From the NCBI GenBank assembly GCA_035403965.1, contig DAONGE010000001.1, positions 85,008 through 149,007 on the forward strand: a stretch of 64,000 bases of DNA, written 5' to 3'. The stretch comes from Candidatus Omnitrophota bacterium (GTDB taxonomy: Bacteria; Omnitrophota; Gorgyraeia; Tantalellales; Tantalellaceae). Both the position numbers and the translations under genes were made by a program. Below are positions 28,803 through 37,574 of the stretch, in pieces; the first letter of the stretch is position 1, and every line of letters starts with the position of its first letter. The notes beneath the pieces are model-generated. The model was not told the origin of the DNA and ran no database searches. It worked only from the letters and a program-made list of their open reading frames with translations.

Positions 28803-30808
28803 GACATTTTTGTACATATTTTGACTCAAACTATTTGTCCAAAGGGATCGCTTTGTACAGATCCCTTAAGCGGTTCGCGTCGCCTTTCATACTTTGGGTC
28901 TTATGTTTTGATGACCTGGCATACAGGATATTGAAAGAACTGGATTTGCCGGGAGTGAAACCCGTTTCCCTGACGGATTTCGAGCGGGAGAACAAAGAGC
29001 TTTCCGATATTAAAAATTCCAGGACGAAGATAGAATATTATTTCACCTGTTCGCCTTTCTGGCCGGCATATGTATTCAAAAAAGATGAAAGTGTAGATCT
29101 GTTAACGTATGTTGACGCCGATCTTTTCTTTTTTTCCGATGTAACCCCGATATTCAAAGAATTGGGGAATAATTCGATTTTGATCATTGAACATCGGTTC
29201 CCCAAATGGCGGACTGGAATGGATAAGTTCGGCAAGTATAATGTCAGCATTCTTTGCTTCAGGAGGGACGATATCGGGTTTAGATGCCTCAAATGGTGGC
29301 AGGAGAGGTGTATAGAATGGTGCCATGATAGAGTGGAAGACGGGAAATTTGCCGACCAAAAATATCTGGATGATTGGTGTGAAAGGTTCGGGAGGGTAAC
29401 TGTTCTTCGGCATAAAGGTGCAGGACTGGCTCCGTGGAACGTGATGAATTATGAATTATCGGAATGGCACGGGGAAGTGTTCATAGATGATATTCCGCTT
29501 ATTTTTTTTCATTTTCACCGCCTTGAGGAAATAAAGCAGGGGGTTTATGCTACCGGGCTTGAGATGTACAATGCCCATAAAAATGGAGTACTGCGGAAAC
29601 ATATTTACTTACCGTACGTGACTGAATTAGACCGTATCTCGGCCTATCTGAACGAAAAGGCAGCTCATAGAGACGAAGATATACGGAGTAAGACTATCCG
29701 GTCATGGGATAAGGATTGGAAGATGGATGCTGGTGCAATTAAGTGGATGATCCAATATATGATGGGGAGACTGTTCGGATGGTTCGTGTCTGTGAAAAGG
29801 GGAGGGAAACCATTCGATATTATTGAGGATGAAATGACTTTCGCCGATAATTTGCCAGGAAAATCGAGCGAGAAAGAACATCGCAAAATTTTAAAAGTTG
29901 GATATAGATTTAAAATCCGGTCTGAATACAACATGGATGTTATATCTAAACACGATACGCGATATCCGAGAATGTCCGTGATCATGCCGACTTATAACCA
30001 GGGTGCTTTTATTGAAAGAGCCATACTAAGCATTCTTAATCAGAATTATCCAAATTTGGAATTTATTATTATCGATGGTGGGTCTACGGATGATACGATC
30101 AATATCATAAAAAAATATGAACGATATATTTCGTACTGGCAAAGTAAACCTGATAACGGTCAGGCGGATGCTATCAATCAGGGGCTTGCGAAGGCCACCG
30201 GGGTATATGTGTCATGGCTTAATTCGGATGATTTTTATTTAAGCGGTGTTTTGAAAAATGTGGCGGGCTTTTTTGAGAAAAGCGGAGCTGATATAGTGCA
30301 CGCCAATGAGTATGTGGTAGATACGAAAGATATGATAATAGGGGAAAATAGGGGGCTGCCTTTCCCGGAAATGATGGGTTTAGCGTTTTTCATATATGGT
30401 GGATATTGGACGTTCCAGACCACTATGTTCTGGAAAAAGGAACTTCATGATAAGTACGGGTTTTTGGACACCAAGTATAATTTTGCTTTAGATCTCGAAC
30501 TTTTTTCGCGTTTCGCCGTTAACGGTGCGAAGTTTAGATATATGAACCAGCATGTGGCAGGCTTTAGGTATCATGCGTTTTCAAAGAATTGTACATTGCA
30601 GGAGGTCAGAGCTCGGGAACGTAAAATAATAATGATGGAGTACGGCAAATATATCCCGCGTATTTTTCGAAATAAGTTTTTAATGGGCAAATTGAGCGAG
30701 TTGTATTTTTTGCGACATTTCTTTATTGGTAATGCCGATTTTGAATTGTCGGAAATCGCCAAAAAAACAGGGTTAATAAAACGTCATCCGATAATACCGT
30801 ATAAGTAA
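28799..30808 (+). CDS. two-domain glycosyltransferase (N-terminal nucleotide-sugar-transferase-like domain plus C-terminal GT2 domain)
   Basis: The C-terminal half has [24 protein letters not shown]...[12 protein letters not shown] (GT2). The N-terminal half has a DxD-like motif DADLFFFSD and a nucleotide-diphospho-sugar-transferase-like pattern. Confidence 0.65.
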   Translation: MRHFCTYFDSNYLSKGIALYRSLKRFASPFILWVLCFDDLAYRILKELDLPGVKPVSLTDFERENKELSDIKNSRTKIEYYFTCSPFWPAYVFKKDESVDLLTYVDADLFFFSDVTPIFKELGNNSILIIEHRFPKWRTGMDKFGKYNVSILCFRRDDIGFRCLKWWQERCIEWCHDRVEDGKFADQKYLDDWCERFGRVTVLRHKGAGLAPWNVMNYELSEWHGEVFIDDIPLIFFHFHRLEEIKQGVYATGLEMYNAHKNGVLRKHIYLPYVTELDRISAYLNEKAAHRDEDIRSKTIRSWDKDWKMDAGAIKWMIQYMMGRLFGWFVSVKRGGKPFDIIEDEMTFADNLPGKSSEKEHRKILKVGYRFKIRSEYNMDVISKHDTRYPRMSVIMPTYNQGAFIERAILSILNQNYPNLEFIIIDGGSTDDTINIIKKYERYISYWQSKPDNGQADAINQGLAKATGVYVSWLNSDDFYLSGVLKNVAGFFEKSGADIVHANEYVVDTKDMIIGENRGLPFPEMMGLAFFIYGGYWTFQTTMFWKKELHDKYGFLDTKYNFALDLELFSRFAVNGAKFRYMNQHVAGFRYHAFSKNCTLQEVRARERKIIMMEYGKYIPRIFRNKFLMGKLSELYFLRHFFIGNADFELSEIAKKTGLIKRHPIIPYK

Positions 30809-30882
30809 CGGGAAGGATAAAAGTTGTTTGTGATATAGAATCCCGGGCGGGATGTATCCCGGGGGCAAAGTGAGGAGGTACT

Positions 30883-32466
30883 GTGCGAGGACATGTTAGA
30901 GTGATTTTATTATTTGCGGCGTATTTTTTGATATTCTTTATCTCCACGAAATTTCTGTTCTCCGGTTTTCATCTTTATGATTATCCAAAATTCGGTTTTG
31001 TTGAGAGTTTGAACAAAAAAGGTCTTGTGAAAACGATTGATGAACGCATAGGGATAACATTAAAGGCTCGATTTGTGCCTATGCGGGAGATCGATATGAC
31101 TTTAAGATCCTGGTTTTTCGGGCTGGTCCCGTACAGGTACTATCTTTATATGTGTTTTCTGCTTGTATTGTGCAGTTTTCTTTTATATCGGTTTGCAGAA
31201 ACGATAGGGTTTACCAGATGGCAGTCTGTATTTTTTGCGCTTTTTACACTGACAGGACAGCAGGCTGAATGTTGGTGGTGGATGGGGACTGCCGAGCTTA
31301 TGGGGATGGTATTCCTAAGTATTGCGTTTTATGCGCTTGCAATGGCTGCTAGGACGCGACAGAAGATGCTATTTGACATGATTTTTATGGTTGGGTTAAT
31401 AGGAGGGTCTTTCTCGAAAGAGAGTTTTATTATTGTGATCCCGGCGGTTCTTTTTTTAAAGATATGGATCGATGCGTATCTTAACGAGAAAAGTTTTTTA
31501 AAGGCGTTTTTCGGAAATATTTTGCCGGTGATATTAATGATGTCCCTTATGGTATGGGAAGTTACATATATCTTACGGCATATCGGGACAAAGAGCGAGC
31601 TTTTGGCCACGGTGAATATCGAGGTCGGCACCGGGGTTGTTAAAACTTTGATTAACATGCTTAGGAATTTCAACCTTTCGTTTTTTGTGCTACTGGAGAC
31701 TGTTACGTTTTTTGTGATCATTTTTGGCTGTTTTCTTATATTGCAGGCGTCTTATGACGGGCATAGACTTTGGCATGATGCAAAAAGAAAAGTGATGCCG
31801 CTTATTTTATTCTTTCTTCTGTTTGTTGTGCCGCAATTTATAATGTATAGCGGGACGGGGATACGCCAAAGATGGTGGCTTCCGGCTTTTCTGGCTTTTT
31901 CATTTGCCGTCACATATTTACTCAGAGAGATCATCGTGAACCGTGGCATAAACAAGTTCACAAAAGTATTATTTATCATGCTTGTGGTAATGGTGGCTTT
32001 GCCGCGGCTTGGGCACGCATATTTCCGGGGCAGCATTGTGGCGGAAAGAGGGCTGCAAAACAACGCAATGATAGCCGCGATCACCGCACATACGTCGGTC
32101 GATTCGAACATCGTTATAGTCGGCGACCCGGTTATGAACGCTGAAGCAATGGGGGGCGGGGTTCCGGCCTTTTTAAAGAATATAGCGCATAGGGATAATT
32201 GCTATTTTATTTTGATCGATACGGGACGTATATTCCATACTGCCGAGATAACGGAATGTTTGAGGCGGAACAGTAAAACAGAATTAAAGAACAGAGATAT
32301 TACAAATGATGTCCCGCAGGGATTTCAGACCGACAGTGTTTTTGTGTTTCCATATATTGAAGATGCTTTCCTCCGCGTGTCGTCAGGATGGTTCCATAAA
32401 GAGGAATATGAGCGCGTTGTTTTTAAACATTTTGATGGGGATTTTGTTTGTTACTTTAAAAAATAG
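30883..32466 (+). CDS. polytopic membrane protein, putative GT-C-type glycosyltransferase/polymerase (paralog 2)
   Basis: GTG start with a GAGGAGG ribosome-binding site. Same architecture and conserved blocks as 26073-27683. Confidence 0.45.
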   Translation: MRGHVRVILLFAAYFLIFFISTKFLFSGFHLYDYPKFGFVESLNKKGLVKTIDERIGITLKARFVPMREIDMTLRSWFFGLVPYRYYLYMCFLLVLCSFLLYRFAETIGFTRWQSVFFALFTLTGQQAECWWWMGTAELMGMVFLSIAFYALAMAARTRQKMLFDMIFMVGLIGGSFSKESFIIVIPAVLFLKIWIDAYLNEKSFLKAFFGNILPVILMMSLMVWEVTYILRHIGTKSELLATVNIEVGTGVVKTLINMLRNFNLSFFVLLETVTFFVIIFGCFLILQASYDGHRLWHDAKRKVMPLILFFLLFVVPQFIMYSGTGIRQRWWLPAFLAFSFAVTYLLREIIVNRGINKFTKVLFIMLVVMVALPRLGHAYFRGSIVAERGLQNNAMIAAITAHTSVDSNIVIVGDPVMNAEAMGGGVPAFLKNIAHRDNCYFILIDTGRIFHTAEITECLRRNSKTELKNRDITNDVPQGFQTDSVFVFPYIEDAFLRVSSGWFHKEEYERVVFKHFDGDFVCYFKK

Positions 32467-32504
32467 ACAGGTAGAGTATCATGTGGCTTTAGGGAAATAC
32501 TAAA

Positions 32505-32545
32505 ATAAAAAAGGCGCTTACAAAGCGCCTTTTTTATTTTTCGAT
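32505..32545. terminator. bidirectional rho-independent terminator between convergent genes
   Basis: Stem AGGCGCTT/AAGCGCCT with loop ACAA, flanked by an A-run upstream and a T-run downstream. Confidence 0.6.
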
Positions 32546-32556
32546 CAAAAAGAGAA

Positions 32557-33069
32557 TTATTTTTTTCGTCTTGCGAAAGCTAAGATACCTCCGCCGAGAA
32601 CAAAAAGCGCGGAGGAGATCGGCTCAGGTGTAGTTGAACTAATGCCGCGGTATTCATTCCACTGGGTATCTGTTAATGCATTAAAAGATAGTCCGCCGGC
32701 ATTTGAAAAAGTTACCAGCCAACGCCCCATGATATCGGAATTATTGGACGTTTCATAGAGTAAGGTGCTTGAATAATTCGAACCGGAGAAATTTAAAGTG
32801 TAATTTATGTTATCATAGGTAGAAGTTCCTGTAAAAAAAGCGTTTGTATCTGAGAGGTTCTGATTTGTCCATGCTGAATTGTTTGTGAAAAACGGATCTG
32901 CGAATTTGTCTCCGGACATCCACCACATGCCAATGGTGTTTACAAGACTATCGCCGTTTCTTCCGGTGGTATCTTCTGCGCCGCTCCATGTCCAGTCTGC
33001 AGCCATTGAGATGCCTGCGAAACAAAAAACGCTCGCTATTATGACCAAAACACTAAGTAATTTTTTCAT
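32557..33069 (-). CDS. PEP-CTERM sorting-domain protein (putative exosortase substrate)
   Basis: Signal peptide MKKLLSVLVIIASVFCFAGISMA. The C-terminus TPEPISSALFVLGGGILAFARRKK has the PEP motif, a hydrophobic helix and a basic tail. The mature region is rich in N-x-S/T sequons. Confidence 0.8.
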   Translation of the reverse strand: MKKLLSVLVIIASVFCFAGISMAADWTWSGAEDTTGRNGDSLVNTIGMWWMSGDKFADPFFTNNSAWTNQNLSDTNAFFTGTSTYDNINYTLNFSGSNYSSTLLYETSNNSDIMGRWLVTFSNAGGLSFNALTDTQWNEYRGISSTTPEPISSALFVLGGGILAFARRKK

Positions 33070-33242
33070 CTTTATCTCCTTGGGTTATTTTAAAAAAGTA
33101 AGCTTTTACTAACTTAACTAAAGATATTATCCACAAAAAAACCAGAACGTCAACAAAAAGCTCAAAGTTTTGATTTAGAGTAGTAGTTGTTGTGGTCATA
33201 ACAATGATCGGAACGTTTTATGTTTCGTGAGCCTAGTTATGT

Positions 33243-34628
33243 GTGCTAAAATCCATATCAACAAAGGTTATGTTTATTCTGAGAATGAAGTATCGAACGA
33301 AAGAGATAACTGATTGCAATATGGGAACCGAAAAGAACGAAAAAATAGAATTTAATGAGGATTTCAGCGCGGCGTTTGCCGAAATGGAATATACGAAAAA
33401 CCACGTTTTTGTCACCGGCAAGGCCGGTACCGGAAAATCCACGCTATTGAGGTTCTTTAAAGAAAATACAAAAAAGAAAGTGGTTGTTCTTGCGCCCACC
33501 GGGGTTGCCGCTGTCAACATCGATGGACAGACTATTCATTCTTTTTTCGGCTTCCCGCCGAAATACATAGATGTCAGAAGCGTCCGTAAGGTTCGAGGGA
33601 GAAATCTCATGGAAAAATTAGACGCTGTCGTGATAGACGAGGTGTCTATGGTAAGAGCGGATCTTATGGATGGGATAGATCAGGCGCTGCGGGTTAACAG
33701 GGACGAGCCCGGTAAAAAATTCGGCGGTGCACAGATGATATTTTTCGGGGATCTTTATCAGCTTTCACCCGTTATAGACAGGGAATCACGGGAGCTTATG
33801 GAGGAACAGTACAAAAGCCCGTATTTTTTCAGCGCCGATGTGTTCAAAGGATTATCGTTACGTTTTTTTGAGCTTCAGAAAGTGTACAGACAGTCCGATA
33901 AAAAATTTATTGAAATGCTTAATAGATTCAGGGATAACGGTAATACAAAAGAGGATATCGAGCGGCTTAATGAAAGGGTAGACCGGACCGCGGATGACAG
34001 GAAAGATGGAACGGTCATTCTTACGGCCACGAACAGCGTCGCCGGGGCGATAAACGCGAAAAGGCTTTCTGAAATAAAAAGCGAACAGTTTGAGTATAAA
34101 GCCACCGTTACCGGTGAGTTTGAAGAAAAATCTTATCCTACCGAATCGTCTCTTATGCTTAAAAAAGGCGCGCAAGTGATGCTCATCCGGAATGACCCCG
34201 GGAAAAGATGGGTGAATGGGACTATAGCGGAAATAACGGCATTGACCGAGCGATCTATTGAGGTGAACATTAATGGCGAGAAATATGAAGTATCACCTGT
34301 GATATGGAACAAAATAAGATATGTTTATAACCGTCTTGAGGATAAAGTGGATGAGGAGATCGTCGGAACGTTCTCGCAATATCCTATAAAACTTGCCTGG
34401 GCCATCACTATTCATAAAAGTCAGGGGCAGACATTCGATAAGGTGATCATAGAATTGGGCAAAGGCGCGTTCGCGCACGGACAGGTATATGTGGCTCTTA
34501 GCAGATGTACGGCGCTTCAGGGGATCACTTTGAAACGTCCCATACTTCGGGAAGATGTGATCTTCGATCAGCGGATACATTATTTTCAAAAGGGGCTTTT
34601 GGGAGAGATAGTAAGGGAGGAAATATAG
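33243..34628 (+). CDS. PIF1/RecD-like superfamily 1 DNA helicase
   Basis: Walker A GKAGTGKST, Walker B VVIDEVSM, and the C-terminal IHKSQGQTF...VALSRC motifs are typical of the Pif1/RecD family. The true start may be ATG 33321. Confidence 0.7.
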   Translation: MLKSISTKVMFILRMKYRTKEITDCNMGTEKNEKIEFNEDFSAAFAEMEYTKNHVFVTGKAGTGKSTLLRFFKENTKKKVVVLAPTGVAAVNIDGQTIHSFFGFPPKYIDVRSVRKVRGRNLMEKLDAVVIDEVSMVRADLMDGIDQALRVNRDEPGKKFGGAQMIFFGDLYQLSPVIDRESRELMEEQYKSPYFFSADVFKGLSLRFFELQKVYRQSDKKFIEMLNRFRDNGNTKEDIERLNERVDRTADDRKDGTVILTATNSVAGAINAKRLSEIKSEQFEYKATVTGEFEEKSYPTESSLMLKKGAQVMLIRNDPGKRWVNGTIAEITALTERSIEVNINGEKYEVSPVIWNKIRYVYNRLEDKVDEEIVGTFSQYPIKLAWAITIHKSQGQTFDKVIIELGKGAFAHGQVYVALSRCTALQGITLKRPILREDVIFDQRIHYFQKGLLGEIVREEI

Positions 34629-34672
34629 GTTGTAGGGTCGAGGGTGAAGGGGGTAGGGCAGGGTGGAGGGTT

Positions 34673-35095
34673 ATGAGATTTAGTGTAAGCATGGAAAAAG
34701 AAGAGGCGTTGAAAAAAAAGATGGATTCTCTCGGGATCAAGGAAAACGATATCGAGGAAAAATTCATTCTTTCAGGCGGCAAAGGCGGGCAACATGTGAA
34801 CAAGACGTCGTCCTGTGTTTATTTAAAGCATGGCCCTACGGGTATCGAAGTGAAATGCCAAAAAGACCGCTCGCAGTCTTTGAACCGTTTTCTGGCGCGG
34901 AGGATGCTCGCCGAAAAAATAGAATCCATGGTACTTGGAAGAGCGTCTGAGGAACGGCGAGCGATAGAGAAGATCAGGCGCCAAAAAAGGAAAAGATCGA
35001 AACGGGCAAAAGAAAAAATGCTCAGGGATAAAAAAATAAATTCCGAAAAGAAAGAACTCCGTCAGTTCGATGTGTCTGAGACGGATGTCGAGTAA
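34673..35095 (+). CDS. arfB: ArfB-like GGQ-domain peptidyl-tRNA hydrolase (alternative ribosome rescue factor)
   Basis: GGKGGQHVNKTSS is the GGQ motif. The size is ~140 aa, and a Lys/Arg-rich C-terminal tail is present as in ArfB/YaeJ. ATG 34673 is preferred because the upstream 34505 start would overlap the helicase gene. Confidence 0.65.
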   Translation: MRFSVSMEKEEALKKKMDSLGIKENDIEEKFILSGGKGGQHVNKTSSCVYLKHGPTGIEVKCQKDRSQSLNRFLARRMLAEKIESMVLGRASEERRAIEKIRRQKRKRSKRAKEKMLRDKKINSEKKELRQFDVSETDVE

Positions 35096-35099
35096 TAAT

Positions 35100-36060
35100 T
35101 CGGCTGTGGGAACATGTGCGATACTACTTTTAGGATATAGTTAAGAAATGGGCAATCGGCAAGTTTTGTCGTTCAGACGATTTCCTTTTTCGGAGAATTT
35201 TCTGACAATTTTGGCGCTTGCGGAACTCGCCTTAACGTGACATCCGTTCTTTACCAGAACGTATGCCACGTTAAAGCTCAAACAGTCCTCGGCGGCCTTG
35301 TCATTCACATTCCAAGCCTCCCCAAAATAGTCATAAAATTCTCCGGGAAATCGTATTCATTCCAAAACTTACCGACGGCCCATTCTTAGCCAGAGTCTAA
35401 ATGAAGGATAGTGTATGCTTTCCGATCCGCCTGTTCGGAAGTTCTGCGCGCTTTTAATATGGGAGCGAAGGAGGAAGCGGGAATCTACGGCGTCATTGCG
35501 AGGAGCGAAGCGACGAAGCAATCTTTGGGTAGCGAATAGAGCATTACGCATAGATTGCTTCGCTTCGCTCGCAATGACAGCTAAGAGATGCTTCATCCTA
35601 CGTCAAATTACTTTATATTATTTGGCTTCGGAGGAATAGTCGTTGCTTTGCTCCTCGCTGTGGCGTGGAAAGAGAAGTTTGTGTTCTTTCGTGCGGGGGC
35701 ATCGGGAGGCCGAGCGGGCACGGTTCCGGCGGAGCGACATTTATTTTAATTGTATGGATCCCCGCCTAAAGCGTGCGGGGATGACATTTTTGGCGACGCC
35801 GGAGAGCGAGGCCGAACGTTGAGCGAAGAAATTCGGCCTCGTCCGGTGGCCTCGGCACTCCCTCGGACATTTCGTCCTCGGTCGCAGGGGATTTCAAGCA
35901 GCCTGTCCGCCGTAGCCAAATAATATAAAATAGTTCGGCGAAGGTGGATCCCCGGCAGAAAGAACACAAACTTCTCTTTGAGGTGCCCAAGGACAAAAAA
36001 ACCTTTTTTTTAGAATAAAAGGTGTGATATATTAAGCGTATTGTTTTTAAAAAATTAACG
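35100..36060. repeat. mosaic intergenic repeat locus 1 (modules shared with 41.1-41.6 kb and 56.8-57.2 kb)
   Basis: Contains cggagaattttctgacaattttggcgc (35192-35218), gtcataaaattctccgggaaatcgtattcattcca (35330-35364) and gcctgttcggaagttctgcgcgcttt (35429-35454). A long imperfect hairpin lies at 35482-35578. tattatttggcttcggagga and agaaagaacacaaacttctc each occur in both orientations. The overlapping ORFs (35369-35596, 35415-35639, 35746-35967, 35766-36083) are judged spurious. Confidence 0.6.
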
Positions 36061-36073
36061 AACAGGCATACAA

Positions 36074-37180
36074 ATGTCGTCACATGATAATGCAGATCTA
36101 AAAAGGACTCCGCTTTACGAAGAGCATGTAAAGCTTAACGCGCGCATGGTACCGTTCGCCGGATGGGAAATGCCGGTGCAGTATCCACAAGGCATCATCG
36201 AGGAGCATCTGCATACCCGAACCAAAGCCAGTATCTTTGATATCTGCCACATGGGTGAGTTCATTATCGGAGGGCCAGCGGCGTTCGATGACGTGAACAG
36301 GATTGTTACATGCCGTATAGATGATCTTCCGGACGGAAAAGCAAGATACGGTTTTTTGCTGAACGAAAAAGGCGCGATCATTGACGATCTGATAGTGTTC
36401 AGGTTGTCTAAAAATGATTATATGCTGGTCGTGAACGGCGGAACTATAGACAAAGACGCTGAATGGGTGGAGTCGCAGTTATCTTCAGGGACACACTTTC
36501 GTAATGAGTCGGAAAGTACGGGTAAGATAGACGTGCAGGGTCCGTTATCGACCGGGATAGTACAGGAAGCATTAAAACTGCAGGATGTATCAGGGATAAA
36601 ACGTTTTTCGTTCAGATATGATAAATGGGAAGGCGTAGATCTCTTGATAAGTTGCACGGGATATACCGGTGAAAAAGGGTATGAACTTTTTATGCCGGCT
36701 CCCGGAGTGAAAAAAGTCTGGGAACGTCTTTTAGAGTTCGGAGACCTAAAACCTGCCGGTCTTGGTGCCAGGGATTCTCTCCGGCTCGAGATGGGATATT
36801 CGTTATATGGGCATGATATAGATGATAAACGGACGCCTGTCGAAGCGGGCCTTGAGAGGTTTGTCCATTATGGAAAAGATTTTATAGGTAAACCGGCGCT
36901 TCTTACGCAAAAAGAAAAGGGTACAGAAAATATCCTGTCCGGATTTATATGTGAAGGGCGGCGTGCCGCGCGTGATAATTTTAATGTTATTCGCGATGGA
37001 AAAATATCAGGAAGAGTGACGAGCGGTGTTTTCTCGCCGTGTTTAAAATTGGGTATCGGGCTTTGCTATATAAAGAAGGAATTGTCGGCTGAGGGAACCG
37101 ATATTCAGCTTGGCGATACCGACGGTAAAATAATTATAAATGCTAAAATTAAAAAGCCGCCTTTCGTTCAGAAGGCATGA
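36074..37180 (+). CDS. gcvT: glycine cleavage system T protein (aminomethyltransferase)
   Basis: Typical GcvT sequence throughout (MPVQY..., ASIFDISHMG-like block ASIFDICHMGEF). 368 aa. Confidence 0.9.
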   Translation: MSSHDNADLKRTPLYEEHVKLNARMVPFAGWEMPVQYPQGIIEEHLHTRTKASIFDICHMGEFIIGGPAAFDDVNRIVTCRIDDLPDGKARYGFLLNEKGAIIDDLIVFRLSKNDYMLVVNGGTIDKDAEWVESQLSSGTHFRNESESTGKIDVQGPLSTGIVQEALKLQDVSGIKRFSFRYDKWEGVDLLISCTGYTGEKGYELFMPAPGVKKVWERLLEFGDLKPAGLGARDSLRLEMGYSLYGHDIDDKRTPVEAGLERFVHYGKDFIGKPALLTQKEKGTENILSGFICEGRRAARDNFNVIRDGKISGRVTSGVFSPCLKLGIGLCYIKKELSAEGTDIQLGDTDGKIIINAKIKKPPFVQKA

Positions 37181-37192
37181 AAAGGAGAAAAT

Positions 37193-37573
37193 ATGGTCCC
37201 GGCAAATCTTAAATATTCGAAAGAACATGAATGGGTGAAGATCGAAGGGCAGGAAGCCGTTATGGGTATAACTGATCACGCTCAGTCGGCTCTGGGAGAT
37301 ATAACGTTCATAGATCTCCCGAAAAAAGGGCGGGACGTAAAATCCGGGGATAGTATATCGACGGTAGAGTCTGTTAAGGCCGCCAGCGATATTTACGCGC
37401 CGGTGACAGGCAAAATAACATCGGTTAACGATGCGCTTAACGGCGCTCCGGAAATTATCAATAAATCACCGTATGGAGATGGATGGATATGTAAAATTTC
37501 CGTTCAGTCCGTAGACATGTCGCATCTTATGGACGCCGCTGCGTACGAATCATATCTGAAAGGTCTTAAATAA
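37193..37573 (+). CDS. gcvH: glycine cleavage system H protein (lipoyl carrier)
   Basis: 126 aa. The lipoyl-lysine motif lies in VESVKAASD. Typical GcvH N-terminus (KYSKEHEWV). Confidence 0.9.
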   Translation: MVPANLKYSKEHEWVKIEGQEAVMGITDHAQSALGDITFIDLPKKGRDVKSGDSISTVESVKAASDIYAPVTGKITSVNDALNGAPEIINKSPYGDGWICKISVQSVDMSHLMDAAAYESYLKGLK

Positions 37574-37574
37574 A

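Noticed and set aside
7272-32466. Calling the island a mobile element (ICE or prophage)
   Set aside because: No integrase, transposase, relaxase or phage structural genes are visible. Only the tRNA-adjacent direct repeats hint at past integration. It is reported as a genomic island or operon, not as a mobile element.
35369-36083. ORFs 35369-35596(-), 35415-35639(+), 35746-35967(-) and 35766-36083(-)
   Set aside because: They fall inside the mosaic repeat locus. The same nucleotide modules recur in both orientations elsewhere, and the translations are Arg/Ser-rich with no ribosome-binding site. Treated as spurious.
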